A DNA stretch of 64,000 bases. Source: Burkholderiales bacterium (lineage in GTDB: Bacteria; Pseudomonadota; Gammaproteobacteria; Burkholderiales; Burkholderiaceae_B). The notes under the pieces are model-generated. The model was given only the letters and a program-made list of their open reading frames with translations, did no database searches and was not told where the DNA came from. Both the position numbers and the translations under genes were made by a program. How positions within the stretch are numbered: position 1 is the stretch's first letter; each line of letters opens with the position of its first letter. Of this stretch, positions 14,135 to 24,919 are shown one piece after another. The DNA lies in assembly GCA_021299735.1 (NCBI GenBank), contig JAJTEM010000016.1, forward strand, positions 63,479 to 127,478, written 5' to 3'.

Positions 14135-15325
14135 TTAGGCAAGCTGACGATCGTTCTGAAGGTGATTGTTCAATTTCTCGCGCCACGTTTTAGCACGTTC
14201 ACCCTGGTTTGCAGCCTCGTACAAACGCTCCAGCTTTCCGGCCAAATGCGCTGAGGGCTGTTTGGCATAAACCGCCTCAAACCGCGAAATCGCCTTGCCC
14301 CACAATTGCTCGCGCTCGCACACATCAGCGGCCAATTCCAGAAGGCGCAAATCGGCAGGCTGCTGGGCCAAAAGGCGTTCTACATTGGGCAGGGCCTCGC
14401 GTGGCTCAAGAACCGCCACCTGATGGTAAACAGGCAACAAATCCCTGTTGTAGGTTTGATTTAAAGCTGTTTCCAGCAAATTGCGGGCAGCGGTAATTGA
14501 ACCACTTCGTAGCAAACCTGTGGCCAGCAGGCGTAACACGCCCATATTTTCAAGTTCAGCGGGCTTGGCATTGGACCAAACCTGCTGCATTTGGCTGGCT
14601 TCCTGCCCTGCGCTTTCGCACAAGCCGGTGTATATACGCATCAACGCTTCATTTCTCTCGCTAATGGTCAGCGCAGAAGCCGCCATGCAAGCTCGGTACT
14701 GCATCAAAGCCTCTTGCCAACGCGCCATGCCCATCAGGGCGAGCAACCGCAGTCGTTGCACTTGTGGCAATTTAGTGGCCAGCGGATCCATCGTCTCCAG
14801 CAAATTCAAGGCACCTGAAAAGTCTTGCTTGGACAAGGCCACCTTTCCACGCAAAACCACCAGTGCGTGAGAATGCTCGCCAACCTTCGCCTTTTCCTGG
14901 TTCAAAATTTCCTCGGCCACGTCGTAACGGTCAGCTTGTATAGCTGACATGGCCCGGATCAAATAACTAAGGTCAGTTTCAATGCCGGTTTTGCAAGCCT
15001 GATTCAAGGCCTTGTGTGCTCCCTGGTCGTCGCCTGTAATCAAGGCGATCAAACCCTCGGTATTGGCTTTTAACAAGGCACTTTGCTTGCGGTTCATCCA
15101 ATACTCTTTGAACTTCTCGGGTAGCTGGCTGGAGGCGCGCCAAGCGCGCATCATGGCGTACAACACCACAAATACGAGCACAATTGCAACAATCGCGAAA
15201 TTTAGCGACATGTCAATTCGGTATTGATCATGAAATATCAGTACCTTCGACGTATTGCCCTGCGCCATCAAAGTTACTGCAACGGCCACCACCACAACAA
15301 GCAACAACCCAAGCAGCTGCTTCAT
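14135..15325 (-). CDS. hemY: HemY-like heme biosynthesis-associated TPR membrane protein
   Basis: The 396-aa product has two N-terminal TM helices followed by TPR-like repeats. It is the last gene of the hemC-hemD/X-hemY string, with a 4-bp overlap with the upstream gene. Confidence 0.8.
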   Translation of the reverse strand: MKQLLGLLLVVVVAVAVTLMAQGNTSKVLIFHDQYRIDMSLNFAIVAIVLVFVVLYAMMRAWRASSQLPEKFKEYWMNRKQSALLKANTEGLIALITGDDQGAHKALNQACKTGIETDLSYLIRAMSAIQADRYDVAEEILNQEKAKVGEHSHALVVLRGKVALSKQDFSGALNLLETMDPLATKLPQVQRLRLLALMGMARWQEALMQYRACMAASALTISERNEALMRIYTGLCESAGQEASQMQQVWSNAKPAELENMGVLRLLATGLLRSGSITAARNLLETALNQTYNRDLLPVYHQVAVLEPREALPNVERLLAQQPADLRLLELAADVCEREQLWGKAISRFEAVYAKQPSAHLAGKLERLYEAANQGERAKTWREKLNNHLQNDRQLA

Positions 15326-17220
15326 TGCCGCTCTCCCTGTTGTCCAGCCACGGCCAGCCTGAGCGCGGCAGAAGTGGCCTGCAATTCAGGCAATGCCAAA
15401 TCCAGTTGCACTTCGCCGATTTCGGCAATTACGGTTTGTGCACGCTGAACCTGAACAGATTTCACATCGAAGTAGGTGTTCAACAAATAACTGGAGCGCT
15501 CAAGATCAGATTTGAGCAAGGTGGCTTGCCGAGACAACAGCGAAATCCGGGCGTTCAACAAAGACAAACGCAGTGTGTTGCGCAAATCAGTTTCTTGCCG
15601 GCTTGACAGCATCAACACCTCGGGGCTATTCACCTTGGTCACCTCGATCAACGATTTGATGTCGTACCACACGGTTTGAGCCATATTTTTAACAGTGACC
15701 CACACTTGATCAAGTCCCTTTCGGGCCTCATTGATTTCGACTGCCGGCGCTGTTGTCTCGATTTGAGGCTCTGAGCTAGCATTTTCGGTCAGCTGAGCCA
15801 GTGTTTGATCGGTGGTTGCATGGGCGCTTGAGAGCGTTGGCAAACTTTCGACAGAGTTCACCACTGAATCAAGCGAAATTGCCAGCCGCAACAAGTCATC
15901 ACTGGGCAAAGCCTTGATCTCGGACAAATCTTTTTCCAAGGCGGTGCGAAGGTTCAACAGCGAGGGCTTTTCGGTACCCTCCAGCAAATCGATGGCCTGA
16001 GACAAGGCAATTGAGGCACCTTTGACATTGCCCAACAAATACAATTGGCGCTTGGCAATCGATATCAACTGCTCCACTTCGCTGAGCGAGACTTCGGTTC
16101 TACTGGACAACAAACTGTTGTAAACCTCTTCCAGGCTGGCGCGCTGGCTGGCTTCCTCTTTCTGGGCAAGTTCCAGCAAGTCAAACCGGGTTTTCAAGTC
16201 TTTTGCCAAATCGCTGGATTTACTGATTTCTTCCTTCACCAAATCAAGCGTCGTGGACTCTTTTTGGATCCGTTCACCGAAAGCCATCCTTGTTTTTTCG
16301 ATCTGATTTTTACCGGCAAAGGCAATCAGCAAAATCAGCGCGAAGCTAACCACCGAAATAAAAAATGCGGCCCTGCCCAGCCACTGCCCGGCAGGCTCGG
16401 CAGGGCTTGCAACACGAGGAGTGATTGGGGCGTTGGCCACCGGCGGCAGGTTGGCGGAAGGCGTGGCAGTGTTGGTTTGATTGTTATTTTCCATGCTTTT
16501 CTTGTTGGATTTCAGCCATGAATTTACCGATTGTATCCCTGTTGCTATCTGGACAACATGGGCATATCCCAATTCCCTGCATTTGGCCGTAATACGGGGG
16601 TGTGTTGTCAGTACGGTGACTGTTTGTTTTAAGGCTTTGAGTTGCGATTCAGATTTTCGCGCCAACTGAGAGTTTAATACTTCAATTGTTTCACTGCTGG
16701 TTATCCAAAGAACCGCATCAGCCATTCGGGCAAAAAGCGCTTCGCACTGGCTATCGCTTTGCGCTATTACCTTGCGGTCGTAGCACTCAAGCACAGTTAC
16801 GTCGTGCTTCATTTCCTCCAGTTTTATCGGAAATTCAACACGCCCTCTTGGCCCTTTGCATACCATTACGCTGCAGCTACCTGCCTCAAAATGAGTTGCA
16901 ATCAGGCGGGCCAGTCCGTCAGAGTCCTCCGATTCAACATCGTTCTCGCCGGAAGGCGCGATAATTTTGTCTTTCGGGGTAACGGCAATCTCAAGAACTG
17001 AGGGACTTACGAATACGATCAGGCGATTCGGTTTCTCGGCAACACCATCTAACCATGGCCGTATGGCGGACATGGCGGCTAGATCAGGCACCAATTCGAA
17101 AACCGGGAAATACATCACATGGCCTGAATGCGTTTGATCAAGCTGACGCTTCAAATCAAGGCGTTGTGTCAGGTACTGATCGGGCAACTTGGGTTTGCAA
17201 ACGACCAAAGTGTGGGCCAT
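15322..17220 (-). CDS. hemDX: fused uroporphyrinogen-III synthase HemD / membrane protein HemX
   Basis: The 632-aa product has an N-terminal HemD-like region of about 250 aa. A Pro-rich linker and one TM segment (AAFFISVVSFALILLIAFAG) follow. The C-terminus is a long coiled-coil HemX-like region. Confidence 0.8.
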   Translation of the reverse strand: MAHTLVVCKPKLPDQYLTQRLDLKRQLDQTHSGHVMYFPVFELVPDLAAMSAIRPWLDGVAEKPNRLIVFVSPSVLEIAVTPKDKIIAPSGENDVESEDSDGLARLIATHFEAGSCSVMVCKGPRGRVEFPIKLEEMKHDVTVLECYDRKVIAQSDSQCEALFARMADAVLWITSSETIEVLNSQLARKSESQLKALKQTVTVLTTHPRITAKCRELGYAHVVQIATGIQSVNSWLKSNKKSMENNNQTNTATPSANLPPVANAPITPRVASPAEPAGQWLGRAAFFISVVSFALILLIAFAGKNQIEKTRMAFGERIQKESTTLDLVKEEISKSSDLAKDLKTRFDLLELAQKEEASQRASLEEVYNSLLSSRTEVSLSEVEQLISIAKRQLYLLGNVKGASIALSQAIDLLEGTEKPSLLNLRTALEKDLSEIKALPSDDLLRLAISLDSVVNSVESLPTLSSAHATTDQTLAQLTENASSEPQIETTAPAVEINEARKGLDQVWVTVKNMAQTVWYDIKSLIEVTKVNSPEVLMLSSRQETDLRNTLRLSLLNARISLLSRQATLLKSDLERSSYLLNTYFDVKSVQVQRAQTVIAEIGEVQLDLALPELQATSAALRLAVAGQQGERQ

Positions 17221-17229
17221 GTCCGCGGT

Positions 17230-18162
17230 TTATCCTTTAAATTGTTCAACAGCCGATTCAATAAGAGCCTGCGCACCCTCTTGTAACAAGCCTTCGATCA
17301 CAACGTTTGCAGCGGTTTCCCAGTTTTGCAAACTGGCATCTGCGCTTTTTTGTATCACCGCTTTTCCATCCGGGCTGGCCACCAAGCCACGAAGAGTAAA
17401 AGTTTGGGCATCATTCAGCGTGGCATATCCCGCAATTGGCACTTGGCAACTACCACCCAAAGCCTTGGATACTAAACGCTCTGCACTCACCAAAGCGGTA
17501 CACACAGGGTCTATTAGAGGCTTCACCAATTCAGCCAATTGTGAATCACCCGCGCGAATTTCCAAACCCAGAGCACCTTGGCCCACGGCGGGCAGCATAT
17601 CAGCCGAACTGATTATATTGCGAATTCTTGAATGCAAACCCAAGCGCTTGAGCCCAGCAGCGGCAAGTACAATCGCTTGATAATGGCCCGAATCCAGCTT
17701 GGCCAAGCGGGTATCAAGATTGCCACGCAAAGGTTCAACTTTTAAATGGGGGTAACGAGCCAGCACCTGTGCCTGCCTGCGTAAACTGGAGCTACCCACA
17801 ACAGCGCCTTCAGGCAACTCAGCGAGACTGGCATAATTATTAGACACAAAAGCATCGTGAGGATCTTCGCGTGTCATGAACCCCAACAACTCGAACTCTG
17901 CGTCAACATCCATTGGAATGTCCTTGCCCGAATGCACGGCCAAATCAGCCCGCCCTTCCAGCAAAGCGTGTTCCAGTTCTTTGATGAACAACCCTTTTCC
18001 GCCAATTTTTGCAAGTGAACGGTCCAGTATTTGATCACCCTTGGTGGTCATGCCCACAATTTCAACACCAGTAACCCCTGGCAAGGCCAAAAGCAGGTCT
18101 CGAACATGTTCGGCCTGCCACATTGCCAAGCGACTTTCTCTAGAAGCAATTCTTATTTTCAT
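17230..18162 (-). CDS. hemC: hydroxymethylbilane synthase (porphobilinogen deaminase)
   Basis: [20 protein letters not shown] is the typical N-terminus, starting at ATG 18162. A GTG at 18177 is an alternative start. The rest of the protein is HemC-like. Confidence 0.95.
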   Translation of the reverse strand: MKIRIASRESRLAMWQAEHVRDLLLALPGVTGVEIVGMTTKGDQILDRSLAKIGGKGLFIKELEHALLEGRADLAVHSGKDIPMDVDAEFELLGFMTREDPHDAFVSNNYASLAELPEGAVVGSSSLRRQAQVLARYPHLKVEPLRGNLDTRLAKLDSGHYQAIVLAAAGLKRLGLHSRIRNIISSADMLPAVGQGALGLEIRAGDSQLAELVKPLIDPVCTALVSAERLVSKALGGSCQVPIAGYATLNDAQTFTLRGLVASPDGKAVIQKSADASLQNWETAANVVIEGLLQEGAQALIESAVEQFKG

Positions 18163-18312
18163 TAGGTGTAGCGACACAGCCAGCCGCGATTCAATGGATA
18201 AATTTCAATCAAATTTCCCACGACAAGGCCGCGAGAAGGCTTTCATGGTGAAAGTCTAGCACGGCAACCCCTTATAATTAGGACCTGTCCCAAAGTGCAT
18301 AAAGGATTCCCC

Positions 18313-19737
18313 ATGTCAAACCAATGGTCCAAGAAACAGGAAGCATGGTCAGCCCGTTTCAATGAACCCATGTCCGAGCTGGTCAAGCGCTACACGGCAT
18401 CCGTGTTTTTTGACAAACGGCTGGCTGAATTTGACATTCAAGGTTCGCTGGCCCATGCCACCATGCTGGCCGAGGCCGGGGTTATTGCTGATGCAGATCT
18501 GCAAGCCATCAAAAGCGGTATGGCGCAGATTATGGACGAAATAAAAGCAGGCCAATTTGTTTGGCAACTTGATCTTGAAGACGTGCATCTGAATATTGAA
18601 CGCAGACTGACCGAGTTAGTGGGTGATGCGGGCAAGCGCTTGCACACTGGTCGCTCACGTAACGATCAGGTGGCCACCGATGTTCGCCTGTTTTTGCGCC
18701 ACGAAGTAGACCGCATACAGGGGTTACTCAAAGCGCTGATCAATTCACTGATCACCGTGGCAGAGCGCAACCACAATACAGTCATGCCTGGCTTTACTCA
18801 CTTGCAGGTGGCACAACCAGTTACTTTCGGACACCACTTACTGGCTTATGCCGAAATGTTTGAACGCGACCTCGAACGCATGCAAGACTGCCGCAAGCGA
18901 ATTAACAGGCTACCCTTGGGCGCCGCCGCTCTTGCAGGCACTACATTTCCAATCAACAGAAGCAGAACAGCTGAACTACTTGAGTTCGACGCCCCAACGC
19001 GCAACAGTCTTGACTCGGTCTCTGACCGCGACTTCGCGATTGAATTTTGCTCGGCCAGCAGCATACTGATGATGCATGTGTCGCGCTTGTCAGAGGAACT
19101 GATCATCTGGATGAGCCAGCGTTATGCATTCATCGATTTGCCCGATCGTTTCTGCACAGGCTCCTCGATCATGCCCCAAAAGAAAAATCCCGATGTACCC
19201 GAACTGGCTCGCGGTAAAACCGGCCGGGTTTATGGGCATTTGATGGGCCTGCTAACCCTGATGAAAGGCCAGCCTTTGGCCTACAACAAAGACAACCAGG
19301 AAGACAAAGAACCTTTGTTCGACACAGTAGATACCGTAGTCGACACCCTGACTATTTTTGCTGAAATGGTGGAAGGCATTCAAGTAAAAGCAGACAACAT
19401 GCGCACTGCCACACTCGAGGGTTATGCGACAGCAACCGACTTGGCCGATGCACTGGTAAAACGCGGCATGCCCTTCCGCGATGCACACGAAGCCGTTGCC
19501 CGCGCTGTGCGCTACTGCGACACCCAGCAATGCGGCCTGGAGGCGCTAAGCGTACCGCAGTTGCAAGATGCACTGAAACTGACTGAATTGGGTTACAGCG
19601 ATGATCTTGTGAATAAAGATTTATGCGCAGTGCTTACATTGGAAGGCTCGCTACAGGCGCGCAACCACGTGGGCGGCACTAACCCTGCCCAAGTAAAGGC
19701 GGCTGCAGCTGAAACCCGTAAGCGCCTGGGTTTATAA
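18313..19737 (+). CDS. argH: argininosuccinate lyase
   Basis: The start is ATG 18313 ([16 protein letters not shown]), preceded by AAAGGA. The fumarate-lyase signature [11 protein letters not shown] is present. Confidence 0.96.
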   Translation: MSNQWSKKQEAWSARFNEPMSELVKRYTASVFFDKRLAEFDIQGSLAHATMLAEAGVIADADLQAIKSGMAQIMDEIKAGQFVWQLDLEDVHLNIERRLTELVGDAGKRLHTGRSRNDQVATDVRLFLRHEVDRIQGLLKALINSLITVAERNHNTVMPGFTHLQVAQPVTFGHHLLAYAEMFERDLERMQDCRKRINRLPLGAAALAGTTFPINRSRTAELLEFDAPTRNSLDSVSDRDFAIEFCSASSILMMHVSRLSEELIIWMSQRYAFIDLPDRFCTGSSIMPQKKNPDVPELARGKTGRVYGHLMGLLTLMKGQPLAYNKDNQEDKEPLFDTVDTVVDTLTIFAEMVEGIQVKADNMRTATLEGYATATDLADALVKRGMPFRDAHEAVARAVRYCDTQQCGLEALSVPQLQDALKLTELGYSDDLVNKDLCAVLTLEGSLQARNHVGGTNPAQVKAAAAETRKRLGL

Positions 19738-19739
19738 AG

Positions 19740-20258
19740 TTGAAAGGTTTGTTGGCTATTTCTCGAAGCATAGACCACTTGAACACCATGCTTGGGCGGG
19801 CTGTGGGTTGGTTAATTTTGCTCACAACCCTTGTGTCTGCTTACAACGCCACAGTGCGCAAAATTTTTGACATCAGCAGCAATGGCCTGCTTGAAATTCA
19901 GTGGTATTTTTTCGGTGCCGTATTTTTGGTGGGCGCCGCCTACACCCTACAACAAAATGCCCATGTTCGGATCGACGTGCTTTCAAACCGGTTTTCTGAG
20001 TCAACACGGGCATGGATCGATATTGCGGGACATGTACTTTTTACATTGCCACTCATTGGTTTTGTACTTGTGTCTGGCTGGGACTTTGCATATCAATCCT
20101 TTCAAATTAATGAATATTCTGCAGATCCCGGCGGTTTAATTCGCTGGCCTGCCAAAGCATTGATTGTTCTGGGGTTCGCTTTGCTTGGCTTGCAAGTCTG
20201 CTCTGAAATCATCAAAAAGATTGCTGTAATCAAAGGGCACTCCACAACATGCCAATAA
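19740..20258 (+). CDS. dctQ: TRAP transporter small permease subunit (DctQ family)
   Basis: The 172-aa product has 4 TM segments. It begins at a TTG 2 nt after the argH stop. The N-terminus LAISRSIDHLNTMLGRAVGWLIL is typical of DctQ. Confidence 0.85.
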   Translation: MKGLLAISRSIDHLNTMLGRAVGWLILLTTLVSAYNATVRKIFDISSNGLLEIQWYFFGAVFLVGAAYTLQQNAHVRIDVLSNRFSESTRAWIDIAGHVLFTLPLIGFVLVSGWDFAYQSFQINEYSADPGGLIRWPAKALIVLGFALLGLQVCSEIIKKIAVIKGHSTTCQ

Positions 20259-21697
20259 TTCCAGTCGAATTTTTGGCACCCCTCATGTTCGCAGTCTTGC
20301 TGCTGTTTATGGTCAGCGGGTTTCCCGTGGCATTTGCATTGGCGGCCAACGGGCTCTTGTTTGGCTACATTGCCATTGAGCAAGGGATGATGAACGTCGC
20401 CTTGCTGCAAGCGCTGCCAGATCGAATATTTGGAATCATGAGCAACGACACACTGCTCGCCATTCCGTTTTTTACCTTCATGGGCTTGGTATTAGAACGC
20501 AGCGGTATGGCTGAGGACCTGTTGGAAACCATCGGTCAACTGTTCGGGCGAGTGCAAGGTGGTTTGGCTTATGCAGTAATTTTGGTGGGCGCCTTGCTGG
20601 CCGCCACCACCGGAGTGGTCGCAGCCTCCGTAATCTCAATGGGGCTTATATCTTTGCCCATCATGTTGAAGTACGGTTATAGCCAATCGGTGTCCACTGG
20701 TGTGATTGCGGCCTCTGGAACACTGGCTCAAATAATACCACCCTCGCTGGTTTTAATTGTTATGGCCGACCAACTTGGGGTTTCAGTAGGCGCGATGTAC
20801 CAAGGCGCACTTATTCCATCTTTGTTGCTGGTGCTTGTTTACATTGCCTACGTATTTGTGGTCACAAGAATTCAAAAAACCGCACTGCCCGCTTTACCCC
20901 CCGAAGCTCGTTACATCGGTCAAAATAACTCACGCCTGGAAACACTAAAAGCTGTTGTTTTTGTTTTGATGCCACCACTGGCCTTGGTATTTTTGGTGTT
21001 GGGCACTATCTTTCTGGGTATTGCAACACCCACTGAAGGCGGCGCTATGGGCGCGGTGGGCGCTTTGCTGATTGCAGCATCCAAGAAACGATTGAGTTTG
21101 GATTTACTGAAACAATCAATCGACTCAACAAGCAAACTTTCCTGCTTTGTATTATTCATTTTGATTGGCTCTACCGTGTTTGGCCTGACGTTCAGGGCCA
21201 TTGAGGGAGACTTGTGGGTAGAACATTTGATGGGCGATTTACCCGGCGGTGAACTTGGGTTTCTGATAGCCGTGCAGATCCTGATTTTTGTATTGGGCTT
21301 TTTTCTGGATTTCTTTGAAATTGCGTTTATCGTGATTCCGTTGCTTGTGCCTGTAGCTGAAAAACTTGGTATAGACTTGGTTTGGTTTGGAGTCATGATA
21401 GCCATGAACATGCAAACTTCCTTTCTGACCCCACCCTTCGGTTTCTCGCTGTTTTATCTGAAATCAGTAACACCAAGAGCGGTCAAAACCATTCAAATTT
21501 ACAAGGGCTCCTTGCCATTTATTGCCTTGCAGCTGTTGATGGTAGTGTTAATTTTTGCATTTCCTCAACTGGTAAGCCAAGAGAAAAAAGTGAAATATGA
21601 GGACAGCCCGTTACAACTAAACCTGCCCGCACAAGACTACGGCAGCGGAACCGACTCTGAAGAGCACCAACCTTTCGTACCCAACTTTAGTCAATAG
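20249..21697 (+). CDS. dctM: TRAP transporter large permease subunit (DctM family)
   Basis: The 482-aa polytopic product overlaps dctQ by 10 bp. Confidence 0.9.
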   Translation: MPIIPVEFLAPLMFAVLLLFMVSGFPVAFALAANGLLFGYIAIEQGMMNVALLQALPDRIFGIMSNDTLLAIPFFTFMGLVLERSGMAEDLLETIGQLFGRVQGGLAYAVILVGALLAATTGVVAASVISMGLISLPIMLKYGYSQSVSTGVIAASGTLAQIIPPSLVLIVMADQLGVSVGAMYQGALIPSLLLVLVYIAYVFVVTRIQKTALPALPPEARYIGQNNSRLETLKAVVFVLMPPLALVFLVLGTIFLGIATPTEGGAMGAVGALLIAASKKRLSLDLLKQSIDSTSKLSCFVLFILIGSTVFGLTFRAIEGDLWVEHLMGDLPGGELGFLIAVQILIFVLGFFLDFFEIAFIVIPLLVPVAEKLGIDLVWFGVMIAMNMQTSFLTPPFGFSLFYLKSVTPRAVKTIQIYKGSLPFIALQLLMVVLIFAFPQLVSQEKKVKYEDSPLQLNLPAQDYGSGTDSEEHQPFVPNFSQ

Positions 21698-21763
21698 TTG
21701 TCGACTTGTCGGGAATAGATTGAGCCTTATTGAAAGCTGAATTAGAACCAACTCCAAGCCAGA

Positions 21764-22909
21764 TTAACCGGTTTTCTTTGAGTTGATTGGCACAACTTCA
21801 GCCTTGTTTGAAATTCGGTCTGCAAGTTCCAGTACGAACACCGTACCTCCCTCTTTAACATTGCACATCGACAAATTCCAGTCCATTTCCTGACAAAGGC
21901 GCTTAACAACGTACAGGCCTATGCCCGTCTTTGGAAGGTCGCTGCCGAATGTGGAGTACCTGGCAGCCTGGTTTTGCAGAATGTCTTCTTGTAGGCCAGG
22001 ACCAGAATCTTTGACTGTAAACCGGTGAATTCCTCCATGGCGACGGTAGGAGAAAGCTACGCCACCTTCCAGGGTATGCTCTACTGCATTAAATACCAGG
22101 TTGCCCATTACCCGCTTTAACCGGCGAGCATCCGTGTGGATTAAAAATTCCTCTACATCCACATTGAAGGTGAGGCCTTTCATCTCAGCCAACTGCCCCA
22201 TCCAGCCCTCAAACGACTTACAAAGGTCGGTGCTTGAAATACTCTCGATTCGTTTCTCGCGTTGCTCGCCAAGTTCAAGGCGAGTAGCATCGAGCATGTT
22301 CTCAGCCAAATCGTGGAGCCATCGCTGGCAACTGGTCATTTGGCGAATAACCTGACTGGATGCCGCATGTTGCTGGAGAGAATCCAGTGAGGGGTGCCCC
22401 ACCAACAAGCCAAGCGCGTGCAAAGGCTGCCGCATGTCGTGCTGAACACCAGCCAGCCAACGCAACCTGTCTTTCCATTCACTAAGCACAGCATGTTTTG
22501 CATTGCGCCAGCGAGCCTGCTGAGCTCGCCTGTTTTGAATTCGTTGTTTTGCAATGCTGTAACGGTGCTGCCTTTCCAGCAGAACAGCCAGCAAGGTGAA
22601 CGGAGTAACCCAACATAAAACCGAAAAACTGAGGTGCTGCCAGTTCAGCGACAAAACCCAGCCACCAAAAGCCGATGCAAACACCAAAAACCAAAGCTTC
22701 TCCGTGGGGGGTACCCGAAATGCACGCCGACAGGAAACCTTGGCATTAAGCAGACAGCCGCTAATAAATGCAATGTACGCCAACTGTGCCTGCGCGCCAG
22801 TATCAAGGCCCAATAACTGGAAAGACAAGGGTAGCAGGCACAGTGAGGCCAGCAAACAAGCGTCATAGTGCTGCTGCACCCATGCGCTTAGCCTGTTGAT
22901 ATGTCTCAT
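21764..22909 (-). CDS. membrane sensor histidine kinase
   Basis: It has the H-box HDMRQPLHAL, the N-box GNLVFNAVEHT, G1 DSGPGL and G2 GIGLYVV, plus 4-5 N-terminal TM segments. The likely start is ATG 22909; the ORF extends to 22963, overlapping the regulator gene. Confidence 0.85.
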   Translation of the reverse strand: MRHINRLSAWVQQHYDACLLASLCLLPLSFQLLGLDTGAQAQLAYIAFISGCLLNAKVSCRRAFRVPPTEKLWFLVFASAFGGWVLSLNWQHLSFSVLCWVTPFTLLAVLLERQHRYSIAKQRIQNRRAQQARWRNAKHAVLSEWKDRLRWLAGVQHDMRQPLHALGLLVGHPSLDSLQQHAASSQVIRQMTSCQRWLHDLAENMLDATRLELGEQREKRIESISSTDLCKSFEGWMGQLAEMKGLTFNVDVEEFLIHTDARRLKRVMGNLVFNAVEHTLEGGVAFSYRRHGGIHRFTVKDSGPGLQEDILQNQAARYSTFGSDLPKTGIGLYVVKRLCQEMDWNLSMCNVKEGGTVFVLELADRISNKAEVVPINSKKTG

Positions 22910-22919
22910 GGGAGGCAGC

Positions 22920-23588
22920 TTAATCGGAGTAAACCTCGTCCGTTTTTTGCTCCTGCCAAGCACGATACAACATGGCTGCTTCCAATCGATTGCGCGCGTT
23001 TAAGCGGGCCAGAATACTTCGAACGTGAGTTTTCACCGTTTCAGGAGACAAACCCAAATTCTGGGCTATTTCATGGTTGGACTCACCTTTGGCGATGCGG
23101 TACAACACGGATACCTGTCGCTCGGTAATTCGGGCCATACGCTGCCCGATAGTGAACCCACTCGCATGCTGGGTTTTCTGACTGATCTGATCCGTCCAGT
23201 TGTTGCGACGCAGGCGCAATACCATGCTGTCAAGCACACTGAGAACGCGATCTTGGGTTATACCTTTGGATACAAATTCTGTTTCAGGGTATTCGTCGGC
23301 CATATCACCCAAAATTTCCTCGATGCCGGAAATAACCAATGTACGGCTGTAATCGAAGGTTTCAAGCGCAGTTTCAAGCACTTTTTCTGGCGCCATGTCG
23401 GGCAAACCAAGGTCGAGAAGCACAAGGTCTGGCTGCTCAAAACGGCTGTGCTCCAGAGCAGGCCCGATGCGGCTGAACAACTTGACTTCAAGGTCGGTGT
23501 AGCGTGAGTTCATGATGTCACGCAGTGCCATTGCGATAATTGGGTGATCGTCGATGATGAATACGCGTAGCTGATTAGGAGTCGACAT
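22920..23588 (-). CDS. two-component response regulator, REC + LuxR/FixJ-type HTH
   Basis: It has the FIIDDHP acidic pocket and the LVLLDLGLPD phospho-acceptor. The C-terminus is a LuxR HTH (TERQVSVLYRIAKGESNHEIAQNLGLSPETVKTH). Confidence 0.9.
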   Translation of the reverse strand: MSTPNQLRVFIIDDHPIIAMALRDIMNSRYTDLEVKLFSRIGPALEHSRFEQPDLVLLDLGLPDMAPEKVLETALETFDYSRTLVISGIEEILGDMADEYPETEFVSKGITQDRVLSVLDSMVLRLRRNNWTDQISQKTQHASGFTIGQRMARITERQVSVLYRIAKGESNHEIAQNLGLSPETVKTHVRSILARLNARNRLEAAMLYRAWQEQKTDEVYSD

Positions 23589-23800
23589 AAAATTGTCCCA
23601 TACAAGTCAAGTGTCAGAAACTGTCGTTTATAAGTAGGTAGAGCCCACACCACTTATTAAGACAGCCAAAAGAAGTGCAAACAACCCCGATAGGGGCGAC
23701 ACTGCGTTGGGTGACTTGTGCCAACCTTTTGGTTCCATCGAACGAAAAAGAGGCTATTAGCTTTTCTTTATATCCGATGACTCCCAAATGGGTCAAAAAC

Positions 23801-24889
23801 TTACTTCGATCTGGGTGTATAGGACGCCATTGAATTTTCAGCAACTCGAAACCAGTTATTCTGGTCATTACGAAATCGGTTCCAGGAATTGAAAATTTTC
23901 TTGAATGCGGGGTTGTTTTTGGATTCGTCGGTGTACAGTTTTTCAGCTTCTTTGTAAGCAGCATCCAGAATATCTCTTGGATAGATTCTGAGCTGCGCAC
24001 CTGCCTGAATTAATCGATTCAAAGCCGCCGGATTCTTGGCGTCATATTCAGCTGTCATGGTCACGTTAACCTCGGCTGCAGCCACCTCCAGTGCGGCTTG
24101 ATAGCTTTTTGGCAGTTTATTCCAGGCATCAAGATTGATGTAAAAACTCAGCGACGGACCCGGCTCCCAAAACCCAGGGTAATAGTAAAATTTAGCCACT
24201 TTCTGGAAGCCCAGTTTTTCGTCGTCGTAGGGCCCAACCCACTCGGCTGCATCAATCGTGCCCTTTTCCAAAGCAGGGTAAATGTCTCCACCGGCAATGG
24301 TTTGTGGCACTGCGCCTAAGGCAGCCATAATTTTGCCGCCGAAGCCAGGAATTCGAACTTTTAGACCTTTCAGGTCGTTTAGGTTTTTTACTTCCTTGCG
24401 CCACCACCCCCCCATTTGAGTCCCCGTATTTCCGCCAGGAAAATTAATAATGTTGTAGTTTTTTAAAAACTCGCGGGTCATTTGCAAACCACCGCCATGG
24501 TACAGCCAGGCATTTTGTTGACGTGCCGTTAAACCAAAAGGCAGGCCTGCTTCGAATGCAAATGCAGCATCCTTTCCGACATAGTAGTACGCGGCGGTGT
24601 GCCCGCACTCCACGGTGCCCCGCTGCACAGCATCCAGTACTTGCAAGCCAGGCACGATCTCCCCTGCAGCAAAAGGGCGAATTTCGAACTTGCCACCGGT
24701 TAACTCCGACACCCGTTTGGCTAACTGAGGCGCAGCACCCCACAAAGCATCCAGGCTTTTGGGGAAACTCGAGGTGAGGCGCCAGCGTACACTGGGTGCA
24801 TCGGCCGCAATCGCCGCAGTTCCCGAGGCTGCTGTGGCTGTAGCAGCCACTCCCAAACCTGCTTTTTTGAGAAAGGAACGACGTTCCAT
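23801..24889 (-). CDS. dctP: TRAP transporter substrate-binding protein (DctP family) with twin-arginine signal
   Basis: The Tat signal is MERRSFLKKAGLGVAATATAASGTAAIAADA. The body of the protein is DctP-like and the product is 362 aa. Confidence 0.88.
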   Translation of the reverse strand: MERRSFLKKAGLGVAATATAASGTAAIAADAPSVRWRLTSSFPKSLDALWGAAPQLAKRVSELTGGKFEIRPFAAGEIVPGLQVLDAVQRGTVECGHTAAYYYVGKDAAFAFEAGLPFGLTARQQNAWLYHGGGLQMTREFLKNYNIINFPGGNTGTQMGGWWRKEVKNLNDLKGLKVRIPGFGGKIMAALGAVPQTIAGGDIYPALEKGTIDAAEWVGPYDDEKLGFQKVAKFYYYPGFWEPGPSLSFYINLDAWNKLPKSYQAALEVAAAEVNVTMTAEYDAKNPAALNRLIQAGAQLRIYPRDILDAAYKEAEKLYTDESKNNPAFKKIFNSWNRFRNDQNNWFRVAENSMASYTPRSK

Positions 24890-24919
24890 TACTGTATCTC
24901 CCTCATATCTTGGCTTTAT

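Noticed and set aside
23614-24000. A 128-aa ORF partly in the dctP / regulator intergenic region.
   Set aside because: It overlaps the dctP 3' end in another frame and has no SD or motif. The 212-nt gap more likely holds the dctP terminator and the regulator promoter.
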